Shown here piece after piece: positions 44,069 through 53,219 of a stretch of 64,000 nt of DNA (its first letter is position 1; each line of letters starts with the position of its first letter). A program made the position numbers and the translations under genes. Below the pieces are notes generated by a model. It was given only the letters and a program-made list of their open reading frames with translations, ran no database searches and was not told where the DNA came from. The stretch is from Phycisphaerales bacterium. Lineage in GTDB: Bacteria; Planctomycetota; Phycisphaerae; Phycisphaerales; UBA1924. The stretch is from NCBI GenBank assembly GCA_040219655.1, contig JAVJSB010000003.1, positions 141,472-205,471 on the forward strand, written 5' to 3'.

Positions 44069-45492
44069 GACGTCTGCTCCAACTCGGCATCCAGCTCTTC
44101 ACGAGCCACCGCCGCCGCCTTCATCACCCGATCGGGCGAGCTCCCGCCCAGCGCGACGCGCCGCTCCAGGCTCGCCGCCACACCCAACCGATCCAGCACG
44201 CCCGCGCCCAGCTCCGGCGCGTGCTCGCTGAGATCCTCGGGCGTGAGCTCTTCGAGTTTCACGCCCTTCTCGATCGCCAGACGCACCAGCGCGCCGACGC
44301 GCTCGTGGGCCGTGCGGAAGGGCACGCCCGCCGCGACCATCTCATCGGCGAGATCCGTCGCGTTGGTGTACCCGCCCTCCGCCGCCGCCTTCGCCGCCGC
44401 CTCGTTCACACGGACGCCCGAGACGACGACCCCCGCGGCGCGCACGCTCAGCGACGCGACGTCCATCGCCTCGAACAGCGCCGCCTTGTCTTCCTGCAAG
44501 TCCTTGTTGTACGCGAGGGGGAGCCCCTTCACCGTCGCCGCGAACCCCGCCTGCAGCCCGATCAACCGCGCCGCCTTGGCGCGCACAAGCTCCAGCGCGT
44601 CCGGGTTCTGCTTCTGCGGCATCAGGCTCGACCCGCTCGTCATGCTCTCGCCCAGCGCCACGAACGCCGCCTCGCCCGACGCGTAAAAGATCAAGTCCTC
44701 CGCCATCCGCGACAGGTGCACGCCCACCAGCGTGAGGGCGCTGATCGCTTCGAGCACGAAATCCCGATCGCTCACCGAGTCCAGCGAGTTCGCCGTCGCG
44801 CGCGCAAACCCGAGGTCCTCCGCGAGCGCTGCACGATCGACATTCCACCCCGTCCCCGCGAGCGCCCCCGAGCCCAGCGGGCACTCGTCTGTGCGCGCCA
44901 ACGCATCGCGCAGCCGCCCCGCGTCCCGCGCCAGCATCCGCTCGTACGCCAGCGCCCAGTGCCCGAACGTCACCGCCTGCGCCCGCTGCAGGTGCGTGTA
45001 CCCGCACAGGGGCGTCCCCGCCTCGCGCGCGCCGAGCTCGACCAACGCCGCCCGCAGCACGTGCAACTCGCCCAGACGCGCTTCCAGCGCTTCCTTCGTC
45101 CACAGGCGCAGGTCCGTCGCGACCTGATCGTTCCGGCTGCGCCCGGTGTGCAGCTTCCGACCCAGATCGCCCACACGCTCCGTCAGCCGCTGCTCGACCC
45201 ACGAATGCACGTCCTCCGCGCCCGAATCCACGGGCGCCGCCATGCCCTCGACCTCGTCGGCGAGCTTCCCGAGCGCCGCGGTGAGCTCCTTCACCTCACC
45301 CGCCGTCAGCACCCCCGCCTTCCCGATCGCCCGCGCCCAGGCGACCGAGCCCGCGATGTCCTGGCGCACAAGCCGCCAGTCCACGCCGATCGAATCGTTG
45401 ATCGCGCGGAACAACGCATCGGGCCCCTCGCTGAAGCGCCCGCCCCACATGGCGGTGGGATTGCCCTCAGGTTGTGGCCGCGGATCGGTCAT
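44065..45492 (-). CDS. argH: Argininosuccinate lyase
   Basis: MWGGRFSEGPDALF N-terminus and the fumarate-lyase signature region GSSLMPQKQNPD. Confidence 0.92.
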   Translation of the reverse strand: MTDPRPQPEGNPTAMWGGRFSEGPDALFRAINDSIGVDWRLVRQDIAGSVAWARAIGKAGVLTAGEVKELTAALGKLADEVEGMAAPVDSGAEDVHSWVEQRLTERVGDLGRKLHTGRSRNDQVATDLRLWTKEALEARLGELHVLRAALVELGAREAGTPLCGYTHLQRAQAVTFGHWALAYERMLARDAGRLRDALARTDECPLGSGALAGTGWNVDRAALAEDLGFARATANSLDSVSDRDFVLEAISALTLVGVHLSRMAEDLIFYASGEAAFVALGESMTSGSSLMPQKQNPDALELVRAKAARLIGLQAGFAATVKGLPLAYNKDLQEDKAALFEAMDVASLSVRAAGVVVSGVRVNEAAAKAAAEGGYTNATDLADEMVAAGVPFRTAHERVGALVRLAIEKGVKLEELTPEDLSEHAPELGAGVLDRLGVAASLERRVALGGSSPDRVMKAAAVAREELDAELEQTS

Positions 45493-45520
45493 GGTTCGCT
45501 CGTCACGGAGGGAATCTCGA

Positions 45521-45594
45521 GTCCTGAATGCTCACTGCTGATTGCTGACTGCTCTTCACGCAAGCCTCAGGTCTCAGGCCTCAAGCCTTCCTCA
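45521..45594 (-). repeat. CCTGAATGCTCACTGCTGA motif + 7-nt periodic TGA units before/at the argG stop
   Basis: TCA at 45567, 45574 and 45581, and the stop at 45592. Also tgaatgc tcactgc tgattgc tgactgc at 45525..45552. Confidence 0.7.
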
Positions 45595-46923
45595 CACCGC
45601 GTTGCCTTCCTTCATGAACGGCTTCTCGACGCCATCGTCCGCCGGCGCGTGCACCGGGCCCGTGCGCGGCCCCAGCACCGGGGGCACGCCCGGCGCGTCC
45701 TCCCACTTCTTCCCCTTCTCGATCAGCCGCAGCCCGTTCAGCGCCGCGACGCGCTCGGGCAGGCTCATCAGCCGGATGAACCCCTCGGCGTGCTGCTGGT
45801 TGTACACCTCGTCGGCGCCGAACGTCGCGAAGTCCTCCGAGTACAAACTCAGCGGGCTCTTGCGCTTGATCGCCGTCGCCGTCCCCTTGTACAAGCGCAC
45901 CACGACCTCGCCCGTCAGGCGGTCCGCGATCCGCTCCGCCGCCGCGCTCAGCGCGTCGCGCACCATCGCGAACCAACGCCCGTCGTACACCACCCGCGCG
46001 AACCGCACGCCCAGCTCCTCGCGGTACGCCCGCGTCTCCCGGTCCAGCACCAGCTCCTCGAGCGACTGCAACGCCTCCACGATGATCGTCCCGCCCGGCG
46101 TCTCGTACAGCCCGCGGCTCTTCATCCCCACACACCGGTTCTCCACGATGTCCACGCGACCCACCCCGTTCGCGCCGCCCACCCCGTTGAGCTTCTCCAG
46201 CAGCGTCACGCCGTCGATCTTCTCGCCGTCCAGGTGCGTCACGCGCCCGCGCTCGAACGTCAGGTGCACGTCCGTCGGCGCGTCCGGCGCCTCCGTCGGG
46301 CTCACCGTGAGCATCCACGCGTCCGCCGGCGGCTCGTTCCACGGGTCCTCGATCAGACCGCCCTCGTGCGAGATGTGCCACAGGTTCCGGTCCCGCGAGT
46401 AGATCTTCTCCTTCGTGCTCGTCACCGGCACGCCCTTGGACTCGCAATACGCGATCAGCTGCTCGCGGCTCCGCAGGTCCCACGAACGCCACGGCGCGAT
46501 CACCTCCAGGTCCGGCGCCAGAGCGCTGAACGCGCTCTCGAACCGCACCTGGTCGTTCCCCTTGCCCGTGCACCCGTGCGCCAACGCTTCGGCGCCGACC
46601 TTGCGCGCGATCTCGACCTGCGCCTTCGCGATCACCGGGCGCGCCATCGACGTCCCCAGCAAATACCGCCCCTCGTACACCGCGCCGGTGATCAGCGTCG
46701 GCCAGACGTAGTCCTCGACGAACTCCCGGCGCAGATCGAGCACATGACACGCGCTCGCGCCGCTCGCCTCCGCCTTCTTCTCGACCCCCTCGAGCTCGCC
46801 CGCGCCCTGCCCGACGTCCGCCACCACGCACACGACCTCGTAGTCGCCCTGCTCCTTCAGCCACGGCACGATCGCCGAGGTATCAAGCCCGCCCGAGTAC
46901 GCCAGCACAACTTTCTTGCTCAT
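45592..46923 (-). CDS. argG: Argininosuccinate synthase
   Basis: [17 protein letters not shown]-terminus and full-length similarity. It has a ~40-aa C-terminal extension. Confidence 0.92.
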   Translation of the reverse strand: MSKKVVLAYSGGLDTSAIVPWLKEQGDYEVVCVVADVGQGAGELEGVEKKAEASGASACHVLDLRREFVEDYVWPTLITGAVYEGRYLLGTSMARPVIAKAQVEIARKVGAEALAHGCTGKGNDQVRFESAFSALAPDLEVIAPWRSWDLRSREQLIAYCESKGVPVTSTKEKIYSRDRNLWHISHEGGLIEDPWNEPPADAWMLTVSPTEAPDAPTDVHLTFERGRVTHLDGEKIDGVTLLEKLNGVGGANGVGRVDIVENRCVGMKSRGLYETPGGTIIVEALQSLEELVLDRETRAYREELGVRFARVVYDGRWFAMVRDALSAAAERIADRLTGEVVVRLYKGTATAIKRKSPLSLYSEDFATFGADEVYNQQHAEGFIRLMSLPERVAALNGLRLIEKGKKWEDAPGVPPVLGPRTGPVHAPADDGVEKPFMKEGNAV

Positions 46924-46980
46924 CGCTCGCTCCAACCGTTGAGATGCTTCTCTCGCACACTACGGCCAACCCGCACAGGT

Positions 46981-47042
46981 TTCAGCATTCAGCAGTGAGC
47001 ATTCAGGTCCAGATCCCCTGGCTGCTCATTGCTCACCCCTCA
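46981..47042 (-). repeat. 7-nt periodic TGA units at the argF stop + inverted CCTGAATGCTCACTGCTGA motif
   Basis: TCA at 47026, 47033 and 47040 (the stop). Bases 46982..47008 are the reverse complement of cctgaatgctcactgctgaatgctgaa. Confidence 0.7.
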
Positions 47043-48035
47043 TTGCTTCCCAAACACCTTCAACATCAACGCGTTCTGCGCCCACATCCGGTTCTCCGCC
47101 TGCTCGTACACCAGCGACTGCGCCGAATCGATGACGTCGTCCGTCACCTCCTCGCCCCGATGCGCCGGAAGACAGTGCATGAACACCGCCGGTGATTCGA
47201 GCCCCTCGGACGCGATCGCCATGACCTCGTCGTCCACCTGCAGGTGCGTGAACTCCCCACCGCGGAGGTTCGTCTGGTGCTCCTGCCCCATGCTCACCCA
47301 CGTGTCGGTGTACACCGCGTGATGCCCCTTGATGTCGCCGATCGAACGTGAAATCGTGATCGTCGCGTCGGTCTCCTGCGCCGCGGCCGTCGCCGCCTTC
47401 ACGACGCCGAACTGCGGCTCGAACCCCTTGGGCGTCACCGCCGTGAAGTCCACGCCGAGTTTCGCGCACGCCAGCATCAGCGAGTGGCACACGTTGTTCC
47501 CGTCGCCGACGTACGCCACCTTGAGCCCGTCCAGCGAACCGAACGCCTCCCGCAGCGTCAGCACGTCCGCCAGCGCCTGGCACGGGTGCTCCACGTCGCA
47601 CAACGCGTTCACGACCGGGATCGATGCGTTCCCGCTCAGCTCCTGCAGCACCGTGTTTTTGAACACCCGCGCCACGATCGCGTCCGTCCAGCGCTCGAGG
47701 TTCTTCGCGTAGTCCTTCACCGCCTCGCGCTCACCGAGCTTGCTCTTCGAGTGGTCGAGATACACGACGTGCGCGCCGAGCTTGGTGAGCCCGATCTCGA
47801 AGCTCATCCGCGTCCGCAGGCTTGGCTTCTCGAACAGCATCGTCACGCTGAGCCCGCTCAGCATCCCGGCGTACGCCTTCGGGTTCGCCTTCACCGCCGC
47901 CGCGAGATCCAGGACCTCCAGGATCTGTGCACCCGTGAGGTCATCGATCGCGAGCAGCCCGCCCGCGAACGGGCTGGTGGCCGCCGCGAGTTTGAGTTCG
48001 GCGGTCGAGTTCGTTGTCGGCATCATCGCTGTCAT
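47040..48035 (-). CDS. argF: Ornithine carbamoyltransferase
   Basis: KPSLRTRMSFE, DTWVSMG and HCLPAHRGEEV motifs. Start MTAMMPTT is an internal ATG of the long track ORF. Confidence 0.88.
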   Translation of the reverse strand: MTAMMPTTNSTAELKLAAATSPFAGGLLAIDDLTGAQILEVLDLAAAVKANPKAYAGMLSGLSVTMLFEKPSLRTRMSFEIGLTKLGAHVVYLDHSKSKLGEREAVKDYAKNLERWTDAIVARVFKNTVLQELSGNASIPVVNALCDVEHPCQALADVLTLREAFGSLDGLKVAYVGDGNNVCHSLMLACAKLGVDFTAVTPKGFEPQFGVVKAATAAAQETDATITISRSIGDIKGHHAVYTDTWVSMGQEHQTNLRGGEFTHLQVDDEVMAIASEGLESPAVFMHCLPAHRGEEVTDDVIDSAQSLVYEQAENRMWAQNALMLKVFGKQ

Positions 48036-48106
48036 GGTGTCTGCTTTCCGCCGCGTCGCGGCGTTGATCGTGTGTTTCGTGTGTGAGAGCCGGTATCCGC
48101 GGGCGC

Positions 48107-48886
48107 TCAGCCCGCGGTGATCGCGCGCCTTCGTCGGACGCGCGTCCCCGCTTCGGCTCCGCCGATCAACGCCGCAGCGTCGTGCCACGACCCGATGACG
48201 ACATCCGCGCCGCACGCGTCCGCCGCCGACACCCCCGCGCGCGCCTTCGGGCACATCCCGCCCGCGATCACGCCCGACGCGATCAGTTCCTCGACGCTCG
48301 CGGCGTCGAGCTCCTCGATCGTCTCCCCGTCCGCGTTCAAGACGCCCGCGACATCGGTGAGCAGCACGAGCTTGTCGGCGCTGATCGCGCCCGCCACGCC
48401 CGCCGCCGCGTCGTCCGCGTTCACGTTCAGCGCCTTGCCCGCCGCGTCCATCCCGATCGAATGCACCACGGGGACAAGCCCCGCCCGGTGCAGCGCCGTG
48501 ATCGCGCGCCCGTCCGCGCCCGTCGCCGTCCCCACGCGCCCGAGCCCCTCGATCGGCTCGCACGCGCACAGCCCGGCGTCCGCCACGCCGATGCCCACCG
48601 CGTCCACGCCCGCGTCCGTCAGCACGCCGACCAACGCCCGGTTCACCTCGCCCGCCAGCACGCCGACGACGACGCCGATCTGATCGTCGGGCGTCACGCG
48701 AAGCCCGTCGCGCCGCTCACTCGTCATGCCGAGCGACATCAGGCGCCGATCGACCGCGTTCCCCCCGCCGTGCACGACGACAAGGCGCGCCCCGCCCGCG
48801 GCCGACGCGAGCGCCGCCCACAACGGCGCGCACGCGACCGGATCATCCACGGGCTTCCCGCTCACCTTGACAACCACAACACTCAC
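48107..48886 (-). CDS. argB: Acetylglutamate kinase
   Basis: VVVKVSGK...LVVVHGGGNAVD amino-acid-kinase motifs. The GTG start overlaps the argC stop (GTGA). Confidence 0.85.
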   Translation of the reverse strand: MSVVVVKVSGKPVDDPVACAPLWAALASAAGGARLVVVHGGGNAVDRRLMSLGMTSERRDGLRVTPDDQIGVVVGVLAGEVNRALVGVLTDAGVDAVGIGVADAGLCACEPIEGLGRVGTATGADGRAITALHRAGLVPVVHSIGMDAAGKALNVNADDAAAGVAGAISADKLVLLTDVAGVLNADGETIEELDAASVEELIASGVIAGGMCPKARAGVSAADACGADVVIGSWHDAAALIGGAEAGTRVRRRRAITAG

Positions 48887-49917
48887 GCCGGCACCCCTTC
48901 GTTCACACAACCGGGGATCAAGCCCAGCGTCTCATCCAGCCCGAGCGCGACATTGGCACACTGCACCGCCTGCCCGCTCGCGCCCTTCACAAGGTTGTCG
49001 ATCGCGGCGAACAGGACCGCGTGCCCGTTGCGGTCCACGCTCCACGCGAGATCAACGAAATTGGTCCCGCGCACCCCCGCCACGCTCGGCCACACACCCT
49101 CTGGCATGACCCGGACGAACGGCTCGCCCCCGAACGCCGCGCGCATCGCGCCCTCCACCGCCGCCGCGTCCCAGCCCGACCCGAGCTCGACGTGGATCGT
49201 CGCCAGGATGCCGCGGTCGAAGGCGCCCAAGTGCGGCTGGAAGATCACCCCGCGCCCGACGTTCATCTCGATCTCGGGCGCGTGCCGGTGCGACCCGACA
49301 CCGTACGGCTTGGCGCTCACCTCGGCGAGGTGCATCGCCGCCGCCCGCCCGGCGCCCGAGACGCCGCTCACCGCGTCGATGATCGGGCGCGTGCCCGGCG
49401 GGATCGCCCCCGCGTCCGCCAGCGCCCCCAGCGGCACGCTCGCCGCCGTGACGTAGCACCCGGCGCACGCGACCAACGAAGCGCCGCCCAACGCGCCCCG
49501 CGTCCGCTCGGGCAACCCATACGCCGCCGACGCGACCAGCCCGGCATCACGCTCGAACCCGTAGTGCTCGCGGTGCACGATCTCGTCACGCAGCCGGAAC
49601 GCACCCGAGAGATCGATCACCGTCTTGCCCGCGTCCAGCAACGCCGATGCGAGCTCGGCGCTCGCCTCGTGCGGCGTCGCGAGGAACACGACCTCCGCGC
49701 CGCACGACGACACGGCGTCCGCGCCGCCCGGCATGATCGGAAGATCCATCACGCCGCGCAGCCGCCCGTCCATCTCGCCGAGCGTCCGCGACGACTCGGA
49801 CGACGTCGATCCGAACGCCGCGACGAGCTCGAACCGCGGGTGATGCGCGATGATCCACGCGAGCTCGCACCCGGTGAACCCGCTCGCGCCGACGATGGCG
49901 ACCGGCGTGCCGCTCAC
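48883..49917 (-). CDS. argC: N-acetyl-gamma-glutamyl-phosphate reductase
   Basis: VAIVGASGFTGCEL N-terminus and the active-site Cys context ACAGCYVTAA. Confidence 0.88.
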   Translation of the reverse strand: MSGTPVAIVGASGFTGCELAWIIAHHPRFELVAAFGSTSSESSRTLGEMDGRLRGVMDLPIMPGGADAVSSCGAEVVFLATPHEASAELASALLDAGKTVIDLSGAFRLRDEIVHREHYGFERDAGLVASAAYGLPERTRGALGGASLVACAGCYVTAASVPLGALADAGAIPPGTRPIIDAVSGVSGAGRAAAMHLAEVSAKPYGVGSHRHAPEIEMNVGRGVIFQPHLGAFDRGILATIHVELGSGWDAAAVEGAMRAAFGGEPFVRVMPEGVWPSVAGVRGTNFVDLAWSVDRNGHAVLFAAIDNLVKGASGQAVQCANVALGLDETLGLIPGCVNEGVPA

Positions 49918-50387
49918 GACGACACCTCCAGCCCCGCCATCTCGCGCATCGCGCTGGCGACCAGCGCGAGGTCCGCGTCCGACTTCACCGCGAGGAACAT
50001 CGTGTCGTCGCCCGCGATCGTGCCGACCACGCCCTCGGGCGGCGTCCGGTCCAGCTCGAGCGCCACCACCTGCGCGTGCCCCGGGCCCGTGCGCACCACC
50101 ACCATCGACAGCGCCTCATCAACGCCCACGACGTACTGGCGGACCACGCGCTCGAGCGCGCCCGTCGCCGCGAGCCCCCGCAACCGCTTGCGCGTCGGGG
50201 CCGCGGGCAGCTGATATCCGTCCGGTCCCTTCACGACGCCGAGCTCGCGCAGATCCCGCGAGATGGTCGCCTGCGTCGCCTTCACGCCGCGCTCGAGCAG
50301 CAACTCACCCAGCCGATCCTGGCTGGGCACAGCATGATCGGCGAGGATCTCCCGAATCAAGGCTTGTCGCTGGGCCACGGAGCTCAT
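49914..50387 (-). CDS. argR: Arginine repressor
   Basis: Winged helix RQALIREIL...SQDRLGELLLERGVKATQATISRDLRELGVVK and C-terminal GTIAGDDTMFLAV. Its stop overlaps the argC start (ATGA). Confidence 0.88.
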   Translation of the reverse strand: MSSVAQRQALIREILADHAVPSQDRLGELLLERGVKATQATISRDLRELGVVKGPDGYQLPAAPTRKRLRGLAATGALERVVRQYVVGVDEALSMVVVRTGPGHAQVVALELDRTPPEGVVGTIAGDDTMFLAVKSDADLALVASAMREMAGLEVSS

Positions 50388-50480
50388 GGGATAATTATTC
50401 AGTTTCTGCATGAATAGTCAAGCAGGCCGGGCGAGATTTCCCGAATCGGTGTTGGGCGACCAGAATCACGGGTCTCGGGG

Positions 50481-51650
50481 TCAGCCGCCCCGCTGCTCGA
50501 CCGCCGCGACCAGCAGCACCGCCAGCTGGTCCGCCGGCAGCCGGAACGGGCCCTCCGCCGCCGTGGACGGCAGCCGGACCGTCCGTCCTTCAGGCAGGCG
50601 GTAGGTCGTCCGGTCCAGGCGTCGCCCGGCGATCGTTCCTACGACGGGCACATGCCCGTCGGCGACGATGTCCGCCGCGAGCTCGATCCACCCCTGCGCG
50701 TCGCCGTCCCGCCCCTTGAGCAAGTCCGCCCGGGCCCGCCCGTCGATCACCCGCAGCGCCGGGGCGCACAGGTCCTCGGTCGCGATGTTCCGGCTGTGCC
50801 CCTGCTTGCGGAAGACGTCCTCCCACGCGACGACCGGCAGGCACAGCTCGTTCGGCCAGGGGCGCGCCTTCTGGATCCGCGCCTCGACGCCCACGAACCG
50901 CCCGGGCTGACGCCGCTTCGCCTCGTGCGCCCACTTGACGATCTTCGCGTTGGGCTCGTTGGGCCCGTAGCTCACCGCGGCGTCGAAGACGATGCTCACA
51001 TAATCGAGCTCGACGAGCGGGCGGAGCGATTCCTTCCAGCGATCGAGCAACGCATCCTCGCCGAACCGCGCCATGAACGCCTTGTCCTCGTCGTCCATCG
51101 AGCCGACGTACACGATCACCTCGACGCCCGGGTGGGCCGCGTGCAGGCGGCCCATCGCGCTGTAGAACCCGCGAGAGATGTGCTCGTTGCCCGTCCGGCG
51201 CAGGTCGTGCTCGTGATCGAGCGACATGTGCCAGCGCTCCAGCGATGCGTCGTCGCGGCCCGTGCGGCGCTTCGTCATCTCACGCGGCGACTGCCCGGTC
51301 GTCTTCCCGAACGGCAGGTGGAAGAACACACGCCGGTACCCGAACCGCTCGATCGCCTCGCGGACGTGCGTCGAGTAGAACCGATCCCATCCGCCCGGCT
51401 CCTCGAGCCCGTAGCTCATGTGGTGCGGGTTGCCGGGGCTCCAGGGCGACGAGGCGCAGGGGAAGTAGGCGATGAGTCGGCGCTCGAGCTCAGACGCGTC
51501 GGGCAGGTCGGCGGCGATGTCCGGCGCGATGTCGGGCGCCGAGACGCCCCCCGCCGGCGCGCGGGTGTCGATGTCCACCCAGCCGGAGCGGCATCCCGCG
51601 GCGGTGAGCACGAGCCCGACGAGTGCGACCATGATCCGATGCGTCATCAC
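50481..51650 (-). CDS. Hypothetical lipoprotein
   Basis: Lipobox LVLTAAGC; 389 aa; no recognised family. Confidence 0.6.
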   Translation of the reverse strand: MMTHRIMVALVGLVLTAAGCRSGWVDIDTRAPAGGVSAPDIAPDIAADLPDASELERRLIAYFPCASSPWSPGNPHHMSYGLEEPGGWDRFYSTHVREAIERFGYRRVFFHLPFGKTTGQSPREMTKRRTGRDDASLERWHMSLDHEHDLRRTGNEHISRGFYSAMGRLHAAHPGVEVIVYVGSMDDEDKAFMARFGEDALLDRWKESLRPLVELDYVSIVFDAAVSYGPNEPNAKIVKWAHEAKRRQPGRFVGVEARIQKARPWPNELCLPVVAWEDVFRKQGHSRNIATEDLCAPALRVIDGRARADLLKGRDGDAQGWIELAADIVADGHVPVVGTIAGRRLDRTTYRLPEGRTVRLPSTAAEGPFRLPADQLAVLLVAAVEQRGG

Positions 51651-51718
51651 TGCCTCCTGGTCCTGAGGGGGGTCCTCCGGACACTACGGCGACCGCCGCG
51701 CCCGCGTAGGCTCTGACC

Positions 51719-53062
51719 ATGCCGAGCGTGGAAGCGAACTTCGACGGGCTCATCGGGCCCACCCACAACTACGCGGGCCTGAGCCCGGGCAACGTGCCCA
51801 GCCAGTCCAACGCCGGCGCGGTCTCACGCCCGAAGGACGCCGCCCTGCAGGGGCTCGCGAAGATGCGGCGGGTGCACGACCTGGGCGTCGTCCAAGGCGT
51901 TCTGCCCCCCCAGCAACGCCCTGACTTCGCGATGCTCCGCGATCTCGGGTTCACGGGGACGGACGCGCAGGTGCTCGAGCGGGCGTCGGAGCTGTCGCCC
52001 ACGCTGACCGCCGCCGCCTGGAGCGCCTCGAGCATGTGGGCCGCCAATGCCGCGACGGTGTCGGCTTCGTCGCACACGCCCGACGGGCGCGTGCACATGA
52101 CGCCGGCGAACCTGATGTCGCACTACCACCGGATGATCGAGGCGCCGACGACGACGCGGATCCTGCGCGCGATCTTCGCGGATCGTGAACGGTTCCATGT
52201 GCACGGCGCGATGCCGTGCCACACGCTGTTCGCCGACGAGGGCGCGGCGAACCACATCCGGTTCGCGCGCAACCACGCCGAGGCGGGCGTCGAGCTGTTC
52301 GTGTACGGGTTTGACCCGCCCCGCCCGACGCCGATGGCGCCCAAGAAGTACAAGTCGCGCCAGTCGCGCGGCGCGTGCGAGACGATCGTCCGCAAGCACG
52401 GGCTGGACCGCGCGCGCGTGGTCATCGCGCGCCAGCACCACGAAGCAATCGACGCCGGCGTCTTCCACAACGACGTGATCTCCACGGGCAACGAGAACGT
52501 GTTCCTGTACCACGAGCTCGCCTTCGCGGACACCGCGGGCGTGCTCGACCAGCTCCGCCTCGCCCTGGACCCGACGCCCCTGATCGAGATCCCCGCGACG
52601 CGCGAGGACTTCACCTTGGACGAGGCGGTCTCGAGCTACGTCTTCAACTCCCAGCTCCTCACGCTCGAAGGCGGCGAGATGATCCTGCTCGCGCCGGGCG
52701 AAGCCGAGCGGACACCCCGCGTCGCGGCATGGATCGAGGGCCTCGTCGCCGACGACGCGAACCCGATCGCCCGCGCCGAGTTCATCGACGTGCGGGAGTC
52801 CATGCGCAACGGCGGAGGCCCGGCGTGCCTCCGCTTGCGGGTCCCCCTCACCGAGGCCGAGCTCGCCGCCGTCAACCCGGGCGTCCTGCTCACGCCCGAC
52901 CTGCACGACCGCCTGACCGCCTGGGTCGAGGCGCATTACCCCGACCAGATCAGCCCGGCGGACCTGGCGGACGCCCAGCTCGCCCGCCGATGCCTCGACG
53001 GGCTCGACGAGCTCACCCGGATCCTGGGGTTGGGCGACATCTACGCCTTCCAGCGGGCGTGA
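51719..53062 (+). CDS. astB: N-succinylarginine dihydrolase
   Basis: Collinear with E. coli AstB as I recall it: EANFDGLIGPTHNYAGLS, DEGAANH, GVFHNDVI and MRNGGGPACLRLRV. Confidence 0.88.
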   Translation: MPSVEANFDGLIGPTHNYAGLSPGNVPSQSNAGAVSRPKDAALQGLAKMRRVHDLGVVQGVLPPQQRPDFAMLRDLGFTGTDAQVLERASELSPTLTAAAWSASSMWAANAATVSASSHTPDGRVHMTPANLMSHYHRMIEAPTTTRILRAIFADRERFHVHGAMPCHTLFADEGAANHIRFARNHAEAGVELFVYGFDPPRPTPMAPKKYKSRQSRGACETIVRKHGLDRARVVIARQHHEAIDAGVFHNDVISTGNENVFLYHELAFADTAGVLDQLRLALDPTPLIEIPATREDFTLDEAVSSYVFNSQLLTLEGGEMILLAPGEAERTPRVAAWIEGLVADDANPIARAEFIDVRESMRNGGGPACLRLRVPLTEAELAAVNPGVLLTPDLHDRLTAWVEAHYPDQISPADLADAQLARRCLDGLDELTRILGLGDIYAFQRA

Positions 53063-53219
53063 ACCGCGCCAGACCCGGCGTCCGGGAACCGGCGAACCCT
53101 CGCTGAGCCGGACCGGGCTCAAGCGAGCGCTCCTCCGAACCGAAACCGATCTGGGATAACTCGGACCCCGCACCCGGTCCGCGCTATTCTGTCGGCCGAC
53201 GGGCCAGAACGGAGCTCGG

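Noticed and set aside
44221-46998. 925-aa + strand ORF over argH/argG, plus the alternative-frame ORFs 59798..61888 and 61834..63765
   Set aside because: These are shadow or alternative-frame ORFs of clearly identified genes (argH, argG, the PEP-CTERM protein and the kinase) with arginine/proline-biased composition.
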